From Phoronis australis (Eukaryota > Animalia > Phoronida), in NCBI GenBank assembly GCA_002633005.1, contig NMRA01000223.1:1-64000 (forward strand): a DNA stretch of 64,000 nt, read 5' to 3'. A program made the translations under genes and the position numbers. How positions within the stretch are numbered: position 1 is the stretch's first letter; each line of letters starts with the position of its first letter. Below, piece by piece: positions 51,233 through 64,000 of the stretch. The notes below the pieces were generated by a model, which worked only from the letters and a program-made list of their open reading frames with translations, had not been told where the DNA came from and did not search any database.

Positions 51233-51472
51233 GATCACACTGAAGTACAAAAGTTGGGGCAGAGTAGGATATTAATATCATTAAAATAAATTTTCATTGA
51301 TGACTTCACTATCAAAATTGCCAGTTAATTTTTGATAGAGTAACACCATCAGTGAAAGTGTTATCAAAGCAACAAATGTGCAGAGAACACCATGTAAGCA
51401 TGTGTTCTCAACCATAATTATATATAGGAAATTGCAAATTCTATTACAATTTAAATGTTTATATAATAGTAA

Positions 51473-51875
51473 CCCTTACAAAAATGAACTTAGGTTTTCA
51501 TCGAAGAACATAAGTTTTTGGTCTGAAAAACTTAAGTTTTCATTCGCGATAAATTAAGTATTTTGGAACAAGTTCTTTGGAACAAATTTAAGTTTTCGAA
51601 ACTTAAGTTTTCAAAAACTTAAGTTTCTGAAACTTAAGTTTTCCAAAAACCTACGCAATTTGGAACAAGGTTTTTTGGAACGAACTTAAGTTTTTAAACT
51701 TATTTTTTCGGAAAACTTAAGTTTTTGAAAAACTTAAGTTTTTCGAACTTAAGTTTTTGAAAACTCAAGTTATGAAAACTTAAGTTCGTTCCAAAAAACT
51801 TGTTCCAAAATACTTAATTTTTTTCGCCAAAAACTTAAGTTTTCATCGAAAAACTGAAGTTCATTTTTGTAAGGG
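51473..51875. mobile_element. Foldback MITE with internal aaaacttaagtttt repeats
   Basis: TIR cccttacaaaaatgaactt / aagttcatttttgtaaggg; nearly the whole element is an imperfect palindrome; AA on both flanks. Confidence 0.85.
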
Positions 51876-52111
51876 AATCCCCTGTTATACATTGGCCTTA
51901 GTTGCTAAAGACACAAAAGTAATGTTTGATGATCTCGTTACACCACTTATTTTTCCCAACACCTATGAAACAATAACATTTAATCATATGACAAAAATTG
52001 CCCTGGCGTAGGTCAGTCTAACCAATTAAAATAGTATTCTTTGATCAACCCCTTCAAGCATATTAAGGACAGATCATTCATTGGTTAACTCAGTATGTAA
52101 CTGATTTTGAC

Positions 52112-52112
<1 letters not shown>

Positions 52113-52161
<49 letters not shown>
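52113..52161. repeat. (CA)n microsatellite
   Basis: About 24 perfect AC units. Confidence 0.98.
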
Positions 52162-52165
<4 letters not shown>

Positions 52166-52889
52166 AATTCTTCCGAGAAAAACTCGTAGCTTACATATCA
52201 GAGAGTCCCTCAAGATTCTTAAATCAATAGAATTGTGTCATGATTCTTATCATCTGCTTCATAGTCATTCACTGAAATGGACTATTGATATCTGTTGTCA
52301 CTTATGATCTTTCGTCACAGGCATTTCTACCGATATCAAGTAAAGCTGGTGTAAACTACCATCACTTAACATAAAAAGTAAACAATAAATTGTCATCACT
52401 TTTACAACCTCTTTTCTTAAACCAGATCCTTTTATAAGCAAGATCTGTTATTCATCAGTTTTACAGTTAACTACACACTGAATTTCAAAATTAATTACGC
52501 ACAAGTTCTCCAAATTGGAACTGTGAATAATTATAATGATCACACAATTGCCAGCCATGAATTCAAGGGAACTGGTAACAATTTTAGATGTTTGTCTTGA
52601 GAGTCAATTTATAAACTTACAAAAGGATTCTTGCAACCTGTTATGCTAAAACCCAGCAATCGGAATTGCAAAAGTACGAAAATATAAGATTCCCTCTTGC
52701 TGCAAATTCCAGGATGCAAAAAATCAAATTTCAGCAATGGTTTGTGAATTCAGTAGGTCTACTGGAGAGTTTTTAACGTGTTATATCACCGATCTAATTG
52801 TTGTCATCAACGTTGTCAGCTTTGCTTAAAATTATACCTCAAAAACAATTATAAGGTATGAAGTGATCCATGTTTTGCAATGAGAAATG

Positions 52890-53646
52890 AGGATGACGGA
52901 TTCACGCAGCAGTCAGTAGCCTCTGTACATCACAGAGTTGAGGTTTTCTTGCAAACACAGCAATCCCATACATTATGGCTACAGCGAAGTCATAGTCTTA
53001 TCAATATGTAGTGAATGACACACAATAACAGAGGTGGTAGCCTATTTGGACGATTTTTCACTTTTTCACAATTTTCCAAAGAAGCAGCTGGTCATCGTGG
53101 TCCTCATGGGAAGTCTTAGCACACATTAGTCTGAAGTCTTGAAAAGATCATCCAAAAATGTACTGACTTTAAACAACAGTTTCCAATCAATTTGCTCAGT
53201 TCAATCTTGAGTCCTCTTTGAGAGGAAAGGGTTAGATTGTTGGTATTCATGAGATACTGAATACCCACGGTCAAATAAATCGGACTCAAAATTTAAAAAT
53301 CTCTTTTTTCTTGTTGGATTCTTCTAAGAAACAAGTAGCAAATGAATTAGTACGTTTTCTGCTGATCTTCAGACTGAGCAATGGTATTGTTGACCTGCAA
53401 TCTTTCTGATTTCTGCAGCTGCGTGAGTTTTGAACAAAACAAAATGCTTGAGCTGCAGATAAAGACAGGCCTACTGTCCATCAAACCATTGTTGAATTGA
53501 ATGTCAAGGAATGCAAAAAATCCAAGTACCTCTGCTTTAATGCAGCATTTTTTAACATTGTGTGCGTTAGAGTCAGAGTATAACAATTTTCCACATAATG
53601 TACATGTCTTTGACCTTGCCTTTTTCAGTGGAGTATTACAGCTCAC
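52890..53646 (-). pseudogene. Decayed transposon-like ORF: ZAD-like cysteine domain plus downstream fragments
   Basis: CTLCG...FICSS; then QIDWKLLFK and MYGIAVFARKPQLCDVQRLL, reminiscent of DUF6589-associated ORFs. Confidence 0.35.
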
Positions 53647-54091
53647 CGTCTGAAATTAAATGTGATTAGCAAAGGCTTTCAATTTTTGCTGGCATGAATG
53701 ATGTGCCACCTAGAATTATCTGTGCTTAAGTGAGTTGGCTTACAACTGTAAAATTTTATTCACTGATCAATTATAGAACCGGAGATGGGAAATATGTTTT
53801 TTTAAGCTTTTGCACAAATTGTATAGTTACAGACATACGAAAAAGGAATCTGCTCAGATATAATGATCCCTGACATGGATAACAAGTTTCATCCACAGAT
53901 AGCAACGCCAGAACATTTCTCACACTGGCGGGCCAACTAAAAATAGGAGGGCGCACAGTGTAAAAATGGGCGGTTGACGATTTGGGGAACTGAAAGGACA
54001 AAAAATGATTACAGGATTATTTGTTCGAGTTGGAAGGAATTAAAGACATCAATGGGCACCTAAGGTGTCTCTCTGTGCACAAAAGGTGGTT

Positions 54092-55493
54092 TTTACACGT
54101 AGTCTGTCCAGCAGTTCACAACACGGGTTACTGGTGTCAGCTTATCGCTTGAATTCATCGTTAAACAACAATAAATTATCAAGCTTCTATGTAAAACCCT
54201 TAAAAATATACCGAGCTTTTATTTTATTTTGCTGTTACTGATATATTGGTATTTGGACACACCGTAGCCTACAAAGTTCGGCAGGCCAATTTTCCAAGGT
54301 CCGAAGCCGAGGGAATCTGTTCGGAGATAAATTCGAAGTATTCTTCCTTGAAATACAGGCAGCAGGGCTTAGATCTGTGTTGTTTAGACTTGTAATTTTT
54401 TGAGTTATAAACACACAAAACGTTTTTTATCCCGGCCAGTGAATCGGATCCCGATCAGGCCCGTCGCGGTCGCCGGGACTGACACGAACATAAACCAGCT
54501 TGAGTTGGAAACTAAGCCTTCAGTCACGAAAAGACTATAAAAGCGAGCCAAAGAAATAATGTGCACTAATTATTCATGTGAACTAGCCACGAAACTGAAA
54601 ATCTACTTACTTGTCGGGGGCCGCGAATTCGGGTTCCCGTTCCACTGACCGTCGGGACAAACGTTGTACAGTTACAATGATTTGAATGGTGTATTTCTAT
54701 CTCTTAATAAAGATTCTCCTAACATGTGACTATAGAATATAAAATCGAGTAATTCTTTCACAACAGCTTTCTGTCAGCAAACACTGAATTAGCATGCACT
54801 CACGGGGCCTCGGTGCCCGGTCAATTACCTTTATTGCCAACATCAAAAGCCGGTAACGCAGTGGTTTATTTATTGCTGGCTTCTCAACATTTGCACTAAC
54901 TCATAAATATTCCACACAGAATAATAAACGTCTACATGGCAACTAGCCCGGCGCTCATCCGACAAAGACTTCACGGGTCGGATCGTTAGGTTTCACAGGC
55001 TATCTGTTCGAACCGAAATACACTGATCAAAACATACAGTGTACTAGAGAGGCGCTCTGAACAAGCACTGTCAACGGAAAATATGGGTAGTTCTTTGGTA
55101 AGCTGAAATTCGTCAGAGAAATCACCGTCGACGAAATGCTGGCCAAAGACACGGAGATGTTTCACGGCCTCATACTTGCTATTAACAGCGTACCTTTCGT
55201 CCTTCACTACCACGAACCACTTCCTAAGCATTTCGAGCTCTCGAGGAAGTCTAAAAAACGATATACCCGCTTTCTTCGTAGCTTCATCAATCGGACAAGC
55301 GGGAATGGTGCACTGCAATATAGCGGCATTCACTCTGCAGACGAACCGCTGTCGTCGCTGTGTCGTTTCTCACCTTCCTCACATGTTAACGCGACACCTC
55401 TCGGCAAGGTGAGGTCCACGGTATAAGAGGAGATGTGGCTAGAGACCGATTAAGGCGCTAAAAAAGACTACTTAAATCGGGTGGCATTCTCCT
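54092..55493. mobile_element. Second Kolobok-type copy (left end missing) with THAP remnant (~55110-55320, minus strand)
   Basis: Right TIR gggtggcattctcct + TTAA; ILQCTIPAC..ISFFRLP..RKWF..HLRVFGQHFVDGDF; collinear with 16372-16535, 17938-18000 and 24228-24807. Confidence 0.85.
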
Positions 55494-56337
55494 TTAATTC
55501 GATAGGAAACTTGACATTTCGCTGTTTCGATCTCAAGCTCACTAACCGCTTAAACCACCCACCCGATTTCCATTATCCATTTCGTACTTGAGTTTCATAG
55601 CGGTCTCCGGGCGCGTTGTGTGTACTATTGACCTACTTTAAAGTGAACCACAACGCGCCAGCTTCCCCACTTAATATGTCGGCTCCAACTGCATGATCTA
55701 TTTGGACTCGATGGATTGGAAATCGACTTGTCGGGTGAAACGTTTCTGTGATAATTAAGTTACGCACTTCAAATTCTTTTGACATTGCGCGTGCTTTTTT
55801 AAGCAGTGAACATTTTATTAAGGATACAACATGTATAGGTTATAATTCAGTTGACAATGCGTGTGAACTTTGAAGTAGCGAACATGGTACTGATTATAAC
55901 ATGCATTGGTTATATTGAATGGAAAATTCTCAACAAAAACCTTAACACTCACAACTTAATCGTTTTTTTCTCGGCTTCGGGAAATCAGCTTAATGGGAGT
56001 TTAGGAATACGGGCTCTCAAAAACGGCTGTGTAGGTTATAATGAAACTTTCCAAACTTAATTTTTATTATTCAATCAAAAAATCCAGCAGGATTATTGAT
56101 ATAAGGGTTTGGTTTTTGTGTAATGTAAGAAAGACAAATACGACTTCTATTTTTACAAAAATGCATTACGATTTGCGAGTAGATTTATCATGGAAACCAA
56201 ATGCGAAAACTAAACGAAAATTCAGCAACTACATACATGCATCTGGCTGCGGAGGATTTTTTTTGGCAGACAGGTTTTAACGTTACATTAATGATATGTT
56301 TGTAAAAGAGCCTTCGGAGAAGCAGAATTGTCTGCAG

Positions 56338-57470
56338 CTATTCAAGATCGACATGAGAGTTTATTTTCATGTCAACCTACGACAGACTTTAAACTCTGCG
56401 CTCCGTTTTTCTTGTGTCGGACTATTGTGCTATACCGACAGCAGACCTGCAACATTTCTCTCTCTATCTCAAATAATACATGGGACCCATGGATGTCGTT
56501 GCGTTTGTTTTTAAACGTCATTTTCAAGATTTAACTGGCTAAAGGAATACCTTAATTGGCTATTCATTCTCATAAAATTATTATCTTGATATGCCTTCTT
56601 CCAATGATTAATTTTTGTGACCGTGGTTCGGAAATGGAGACTTATTACAACAGATATCGAACTAAATTTAACTCCGGGATTGTGAAAATTGCAGTTCAAT
56701 CCGTCGTGATTCTAGAATAAAATGATTATTTTGGGTTCGGAATAATACTGCTTACTACCAACAGTTAATTTTCTTTGCGTTTTTCACCAATTACGCAACA
56801 ATACCCCCTGAAGTCCCACAACATCCCAACAGATGTCAAAATTTTTAAACTTTATCGAAAGTCTTAATGTTCTGCGTGGTGCGGTGGTGATGAGTTTTAT
56901 GTACCGAATGAATGTGCTTGTATGTCCCATTCCATCCTCTACAAGTTAACCCATTAGGTATTGCCTGAGACATGTGAATAGCAGAAACTTGAAAGTGGAC
57001 TCCGGCAGCATCAGAAGAAAATGAATATAGGAGACCTGTTGAGCTACGAAGTGCAGTCATTGAAACCTGGAATCGGTTTCTCTGCATTAACGGGAACAAA
57101 CTGGCTTCAAACGTGGCTAAAAATACTACCAACAATTGATTACCACAGAGAGGAATTGGCGTTCTTCGTTACAACCGACAGGACTTCTGTGTTCTTGTGT
57201 TATACAAGCGTGTGGTGGCTGAAATTTACATAAATATCAGTTCACTAACACACAAAGGATATGGCGTTATTTGCTGCATTCGACAGGACTTGTGTACTTT
57301 TGAGCAATACTCGCGAGAGATGGCTGAAACTCAGTTATCCATTCCAAAGGAAGCCGTAAAACAGGGAGGCATAGAATACGCACAATTGATGCAGACGTGG
57401 CAGTTCTCAACATATCTGAACGCTATGAATTCTCTTTGGAGTCTTAAAGAGCTTCAGGTAACCTTCCGCT
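56338..57470 (+). pseudogene. Decayed BTB-BACK-like relic
   Basis: Shares the acceptor context ctgcAGctattcaaga with 36472; SLFSCQPTTDFKL; later DLLSYEVQSLKPGIGFSAL..NWLQ..KILPTIDY. Confidence 0.4.
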
Positions 57471-59249
57471 CTTGAAGTTGCCTAAGCTCTGAGTCCCGAC
57501 CTGCGTTGGTCCTTGCAGATGTTCCCCCCTTCACTGGATGTGACACGGTGTCCTGTTTACGAGGAAAGGGCATGCGATGGCGTGATTTGCTTGCTAGAGA
57601 ATAGTAGCAAAAATCCAAAAGAATACTCCATGAGGGAGGGTGGTGATGGTGTAATACAATGTATGTTTACGATTGAAACTAGAGGAAAGTATATAAAAAT
57701 ATTCCATCTCATAAGCACTTAGAACCTAAAAGGTTCTGAACACAATGAGAGACTATAAATACAGGGCTCGCGGGCGTGTAAGTTTAAAAATGAATTGGGT
57801 TGAAATTGAGGTTGATTTAAAGAAGACATTATTTTCCATCTCATTTTAGCAAAAATACAGTTAATAACGTCTTCTCGTAATTTTATTAAATAGTCGTGCC
57901 TTACTTCGAAAGTGACGTTTTAGGGTGTTAAGAATTTGCTCTTTACTTTAAATTGGTTGTACCAGGCCATGTTCACAGCCATCTCTCTATCGTCTTTTTT
58001 CTTCAGCAGAGACTGACCAAACTGACACCATTGGAGAGGTCTCACACAGACACTAACTTAGGTCCAACATCCAGATGCCTCTCCACAACCTTGCTGGTAT
58101 CAAAATCTATTGGAAACTTTAATTTGCGTACCGGTAGGTCAATTTCTGTCTTGGCATGTGCGTTTTTGTGCGTCATTATAAGATTAGACGCTTTGACGGT
58201 AGTATCTTTTATTCCGCGTCTACAGCCAAACTATTATAGGAATCCGTTGAACTCTACTGTTTGTCTCACTTACACTGTAAACCTTTTCAGTGGGAAATCA
58301 CACTTGTTTGACCCAGATGACTCTGCAAGTACGCAGCTTGCCATGAGTATAGTTGACTTTTCTTTGGGAAAAACAATTGACCCTTGGCAATTGTGGGCTG
58401 GGAAATTGCCCTTTGACACCCAGCACTGTGAACCACAACTTTTAATTGGAAAACAATGATTGTGTTGACAAGGGAATGGAATTCCCTTCTTCATCAGTGC
58501 TCAGTCTCAGTGCTCAATCTGTATTAAAACAAAGGCAATGTGGATTGAGCATGTACGCTTCAGGCGTTACGGGCACGTGGAACTTTCTATTTGCATCAAT
58601 GGCACTTAAGCAGATTACGCGTAACACCTTACTCGTTGTGCACACGGGTACGAATGGAGAAAATGTCTATCTCAAACATGCTTCAGTCCCCTCACATTTG
58701 ATTGCACACGTTCTCGAAAATACTGTTAACTTTTGGCGTCAAGTTCAAGCAGGAATTTTGAGAATACATGAAAATTGCAAGTGATTAAAGAAAAGTTTAT
58801 TTTTGGTATTCTGACTAGCCGATATTTATCATTTGAGTTGACTCTGTTGGAAAATCTGAATGGTCTCTCCCTTAGGCTGTGTTACTGAAGCAAGCTAAGC
58901 ATGTTGTTGGTGAAACTTACGGTAAAGCCATGATAGTTCGATGCAGAAACAGGGCACAGACAACGCGTAGACGATCGCATATTAGCAAATTAAATTTGAA
59001 AGATAAGTTGAATAGCAAATCAGTAAACGTTTTCTCAATTTTTATGTGTTTCAGACGAAAGACCGAGATGGGTCCTGGAAGAGAGAAACAAACGAATTGC
59101 ATGTACTTTTCTGATGAACCATGTCAAAGTAAAATCAAAGACATATAATTCTATACTGGTTTGTTGTTTCAGTCAGAACTTAGTTGATTACATCCTAGTA
59201 CAAGGACCTAAACACTTCCAAGTACTCATCAAATTGTAGTCCTTACCGT

Positions 59250-59574
59250 AAAATTAGTCGATTTTGGCAACCATATCCGAGCCAATTGCAATGTGTACAT
59301 GTCTATTAGCCACTTTGGAATTTGCAATCTCATGATTGGATAACCCCCGCTCCCTGACACGTTTTTCCGGGTGGGTGATGGTTCCGATGACTTCTTTGGT
59401 ACTGCCAAGGAATGTTTTGTTTAAGAAAATTAGGAGACAAAAACACCTAATGTAATTGTGCCACTTCTTCAGCTTAACAAATTGTAAATGCATCACTATC
59501 GACCAACAGTCTACTCGGAATTCGTGCGCAATTCGGTCCCCATCCATGTTATTTTGCCAAATGTGATGTCCCAA
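59250..59574 (-). pseudogene. Decayed BACK-like relic
   Basis: DCWSIVMHLQFVKLKKWHNYIRCFCLLIFLNKTFLGSTKEVIGTI resembles NC..I....L.....YI..+F......FL.L....L..I; GTAAG donor near 59246. Confidence 0.45.
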
Positions 59575-61221
59575 TACATGAAGGTTTTTTCTAACAAGAG
59601 ATCTGATAAAAAACTCTAAGGTATAAACAAAAATCGTAGACGATTTTCTGCTGTTATAAACAAACCGTGTAACGAATTTGATGATGCTTCAGTAATAATA
59701 AGCAAAAGGTACACTGTGTCATTATTACCAACCCAAACAAGCCTCAGACCTGAACTTTGGTGATTTTGACGTGTTTAAATTCGGAAGTTTAGAACTATTT
59801 GCTTGCCCATGACTTAAGCTTCTAGAAACCTGTTACCTACAGGTATTTCCAACCAGGGATTCTAAAGCTGATTTTTAAGTAGCATACACATTTTCCGTGA
59901 ACCTTTCTCTTTTAAATGGTACCTATTCAATGCGTTACCATGATCATGTGAGTGTTCCCAAACTCAAGACTGGATCAATTGAAGCAAACTTGCATGGGCG
60001 TACACACGTCTTTTGTTTTGCAACCCTTCAGTCGAAAACTAAATGTTGTCATTGTGCCTCATTTCGTTATTGTGACTGTGAAGCGAACTTTAGGGTCTTC
60101 AGGGAGTGTATCCCGGAGACGTTATTATCACTGGCTCTAATTCCGTCCACCAAAAAGGTGGAAAATGAATTAAAAAAGAGATTCCTACACTGGTCTCAGG
60201 TTTATGACATGACAAAACATCATGGAAATTTCGTCAAAGTCCGAGGCTTACTGATTTGTCAGCCATAGTCTTGTCACCTTCGTGGTATTCCGACATTATT
60301 TTGTTGTCGCGCGTTCGGTTGTTTAGTGTTGTGCAGACGACAAAATGTAAGGCGCGTGGCTTTTTACTTTGCACTTCTTTGTGATTCGCCCATGTACAGG
60401 TAATACAAAAAATACGCACTCTGTGTTATTAACCATTCATTTCGTAACACATGTCAGGTCATGTGAGAAATCATCTTTAAAGTGAAATGCAGTTCACGGC
60501 AGGCAAACATGCAAAGACAGGTGATTAACCCATTATCACTGATTTGAAGCATACTATGGATATTAGTTTCATTGAGATGATAAACACCTCAGTAAATTCA
60601 AGGCTCTTTTTACCTTGTTTAAGTTGAAGAAATCAGCTGGCCTCTTTTTTGGGTTAAACCAAGCAATGGGCTCATCTAAAACAGCGTTTTTGCAATGCAG
60701 AATAGAAGTTCTTATGCGCAAGATAATAATTTTCCATAATTTTAATGAAGCATTTTTGGCTTCATCAGGATGTTAAAATATTCCCGTTAATTCTGTCGGT
60801 AAGTTCGCAATTTCAGGATTAAACTATAAAATGATCAGAGGTTAACAAGGCATTGACATTTCATCTACAGTTTCAGCAGCTGTATCTCTGCTGTTCCTAC
60901 AGAAATCAACACCGCACTTTTAGACAAGATGTATCTATCTTAGTAATGGTGATAGATTTAATTAAGCTGTCTGTCTGTGAGCATTTTCCTACATGTATTA
61001 AAATCACAGTCCTTTAACAACTACCCCAGTAGAAATTACATCTACAACTGATACATGTTTGGAACACTGTCACAGCAGTAATATACAAACATGAAGGTTT
61101 GATTAAACAATGTCGTTATTAATATTTAATTTAGTTTCATGAATTATGGTGGATTTCCATCAGCTATTTTTCCATTTCACTTAAATGCCACGATTTTCGC
61201 AAATCCATTTTGCATTAACAG

Positions 61222-62190
61222 GTGTCAATTCAGAGGTGGAAAAATGGTTGACCAACTGACTTGCCGTGTTAGTGTTCACCGGTTTAAATGATTGTGTCTA
61301 CTGTAATGAAGTGTGTGGCACCTCTAAATTTTATCCAAAGAGAAACAGTGCGAGGTGCTTTTCTCATGTATGGAACCTACATTGTATTAACAATCACTTG
61401 ATGCACCATCAAGGGAGTACGAAATCACCACAACTACAAAGAATGGAAACTGGTTTTGGCGAGAGCAGAAAAGCTTACAATTGCGTGTCCACCATACATG
61501 AATGTGTGTTCAAGATACCGGGCTCATCTTGGAATTTGATGGACACCAAGTAGACTGTCGAAACATCCACTTCATAGAAGTAGATAGACACTGACCAACG
61601 GCTCTAGCTGGCTTTTCGGCAAATTGTGCCTCTAACCGATTGAACAATCGAAGTCACGTTGTTAAAAGTACCTTTTGGCATAGCGGGATACATTAGGGTG
61701 CTGTCGGTGTTTTTAATTTCTTCGATATTGCACGAATACTCCGATTATCAAACTTTTCCTTCGAGCAGTCTTTCGTTCAATTCCCAAAATAATAAACTGA
61801 CCATCTTTAACTCGGTGGCAAGAAGTGGTATCACGTCATAACCATAGTTACCCATTTTGGAAACTGAACGAGAGATTGCTCGAAAAAAAAGTTTGATAAC
61901 GGCAGTATTTCTCCAATTTGGATACAATTAAATACATTTCCGGCCTTCTAGGTTGTCCTTCAATGTCCAAAAGGTGCATTTTTATAGCAATTGTACTTTG
62001 AGGTTTTAATACCTGTAGGTGGGAAGGTACTTAAAAACGTGACCTTTTCGTCAGTGCGAGGCATAATTCCGGCGTATAGAGCTCATGTAGGAGTTACACG
62101 GTATCTTCTGAGCCAGCGGTGGTCTCTATCTTACGACTACTTTGCCTGCCAAGCCTGGAATGGGAAAATCGACTCACTGAAAAGAAAATA
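61222..62190 (+). pseudogene. Decayed BTB-BACK-like relic
   Basis: GLNDCVYC..SKFYPKRNSARCFSHVW; (fs) WKLVLARAEKLTI..MNVCSRY; LTIFNSVAR; KVLKNVTFSSV, all in BTB-to-BACK order. Confidence 0.4.
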
Positions 62191-62426
62191 AAATGTTCCT
62201 CACCTGTTGAATCCAGTGAGTACTGCTTCGATGGTAGCATTTTGCTAATAGTCAGTATTATAGGTCCCCGATTTGAGAATCAGTTAACCCCACTAAATAA
62301 TGAGTAGATTGTGGAACAGGTTCAAGGTACTGGAGAATACGTTCGTCATTGGTCTCTAGAGGCATTGTAGATGTAAAAATCACTTGCTTAGAGACGTGGT
62401 TGGTTGTTAGCAGACGTTTTGACCAG

Positions 62427-62674
62427 GGGCCCGTTCCAACAAAACTGACTTAGCTAAGACAATTCTTAAATTTTACTAAATTTTAAAATAAAAGTTAAAT
62501 TTGTCTCAAATTCATTTTAACGGAGAGATCTTAAGCTTAATTTAAGTGTTTGACAGATGCTTTGTCTTAATTTTGACAAACTTGCCGGATGTGGAAGTTT
62601 CAAAGATTGGAAGTTAAGAAAAATCTGAGACTTAAGTCGAAAATGAACTTAAGTCAGTTTCTTGGAACGGGCCC
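62427..62674. mobile_element. PIF/Harbinger-type MITE
   Basis: TIR gggcccgttccaa(c/g)aaa..ctgactta; flanks CAG and CTG (CWG-type target). Confidence 0.85.
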
Positions 62675-63472
62675 CTGGTCCGCCAGGTCCTTGTCGATGA
62701 ATGAGGGATTTACCGCCTTTCGCTCGTAAAAATGCTTTCGAAAATGACAATTTTGTTCCTTGGCTAGGATCCTGGATGTCGCTAGAGAGATGGTGTGCCG
62801 AGTCGCAAAATTATATTCCCCCACAGCTGTAGGGGAACACAGATTAGTTATGGTTTATGCATTGTTTGCTAATAAAAGCTGGTCAGGGCTTCAGGCTAAC
62901 CAGGTAACACATATTTTAATTTTTCTTTCAAGTTTTATGACAATCTAAAGCATATAATGATCTGATGATGAAACTGTTGGCAACTGAAATGTCTCCTTAC
63001 TAATGTTACATGGACATTCCACAGGCGCAACCAGGGTTAGAGACGAAAGTTAAATCTCACTTGCATACTCTCGCACATACATTTTGAAACTTATCCCAAA
63101 ACCAAGAAGCATTGAATTTTCTTATCAGATGGCTTCAAGAATCTTTGAACTTGTTAAAACTTATGAGGGCATTGGTTAAACCAAGGACATATTTCATTTT
63201 GTTTCAAATTCAAGCCTTGATAGCTGCACTATTTTTAAATAAACAATTAAACATAGGAAGCTTTACCTGACATGTGGGTGTAGACAGCCCACTACCACCA
63301 CTGTTGTGAATGGTCCGATGTGTACGTTTGGATGACCACTCTTCGAAGTACTCCACCAAGTTCATAGAGAGCTGAAAACAATGAGGAGATATGAGCAAAT
63401 GTAACAGTATGTTATAGCGTCTTAAGAATTCCGACACAAACCATTTACGGGAAACGTTATCCATGTAATGAT

Positions 63473-63625
63473 CAAGGGCGGATCCAGAATCTTGAGTTAT
63501 GGGGCCAGGAAGAGTAATAGCCAGGGTTTTGCATATCAGACATTCGTATCCCCAACTACTAAATGGAGTCTGGGAGATTTTTAGGGGGGCATGGTTCCCT
63601 TGGCCCCCTTTTAATTCCGCCACTG
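63473..63625. mobile_element. Short hAT-like MITE remnant
   Basis: Ends caagggcggatcc / aattccgccactg; no clear 8-bp TSD. Confidence 0.45.
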
Positions 63626-64000
63626 AAGATACTGACATGGTCTTAATAAGCTATCTAACACAACCATAATAGTTCACAGTACGAATATAATGAGATTTAT
63701 GGCACTCTGACATAAATCCTATTATTTGGGCAAATACCATTATGGAGCCCTTCATGCTTCATATCCAACTGCTGGTTAGTTCCTACCAAGTCCGACGGTT
63801 GCGCTGTTTGTTCTTTCTCTCCAGCTTCCTGTTGGCCCAGCCTCAAGCAACAGTACATTCACTCGTAAGTTTTTCTAATTAGACAAGTTTATAACTAATA
63901 GACTCCTTCCCGTTCGTCGTTAATGGTCCTGGACAAACGATACTTCCCTTATTTATTATTTGTAGCCACAGATGGCTTTTCTAACGGCCGATTTCTTTCG

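Noticed and set aside
57953-58784. Two longer plus-strand ORFs (168 and 112 aa)
   Set aside because: No recognisable motif; they might be the tail of the upstream relic but this cannot be supported

Overview
AT-rich metazoan (invertebrate-type) genomic DNA from a scaffold with 11 single-N joins, most of them flanked by duplicated sequence that is probably an assembly artefact. From 1 to 34 kb, six clean, phase-compatible minus-strand exons of a UBE3D-like E3 ligase are spread over 24 kb by nested transposons. These include a young Gypsy element with identical 113-bp LTRs, Helentron/DINE-like elements carrying regularly spaced CTCF-like motifs, and a Kolobok-type element that itself holds a Tc1/mariner-type MITE and an RNase H LINE headed by an HDV-like ribozyme. 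An oligo-T-tailed LINE follows. From 35 to 64 kb there is a 5'-truncated Penelope element with a hammerhead-like motif, a two-kringle gene with an amber codon at a conserved Trp, several MITEs, and about seven heavily decayed BTB/BACK-like relics, six apparently in head-to-head pairs. All calls come from reading the sequence by eye; no database search was run.
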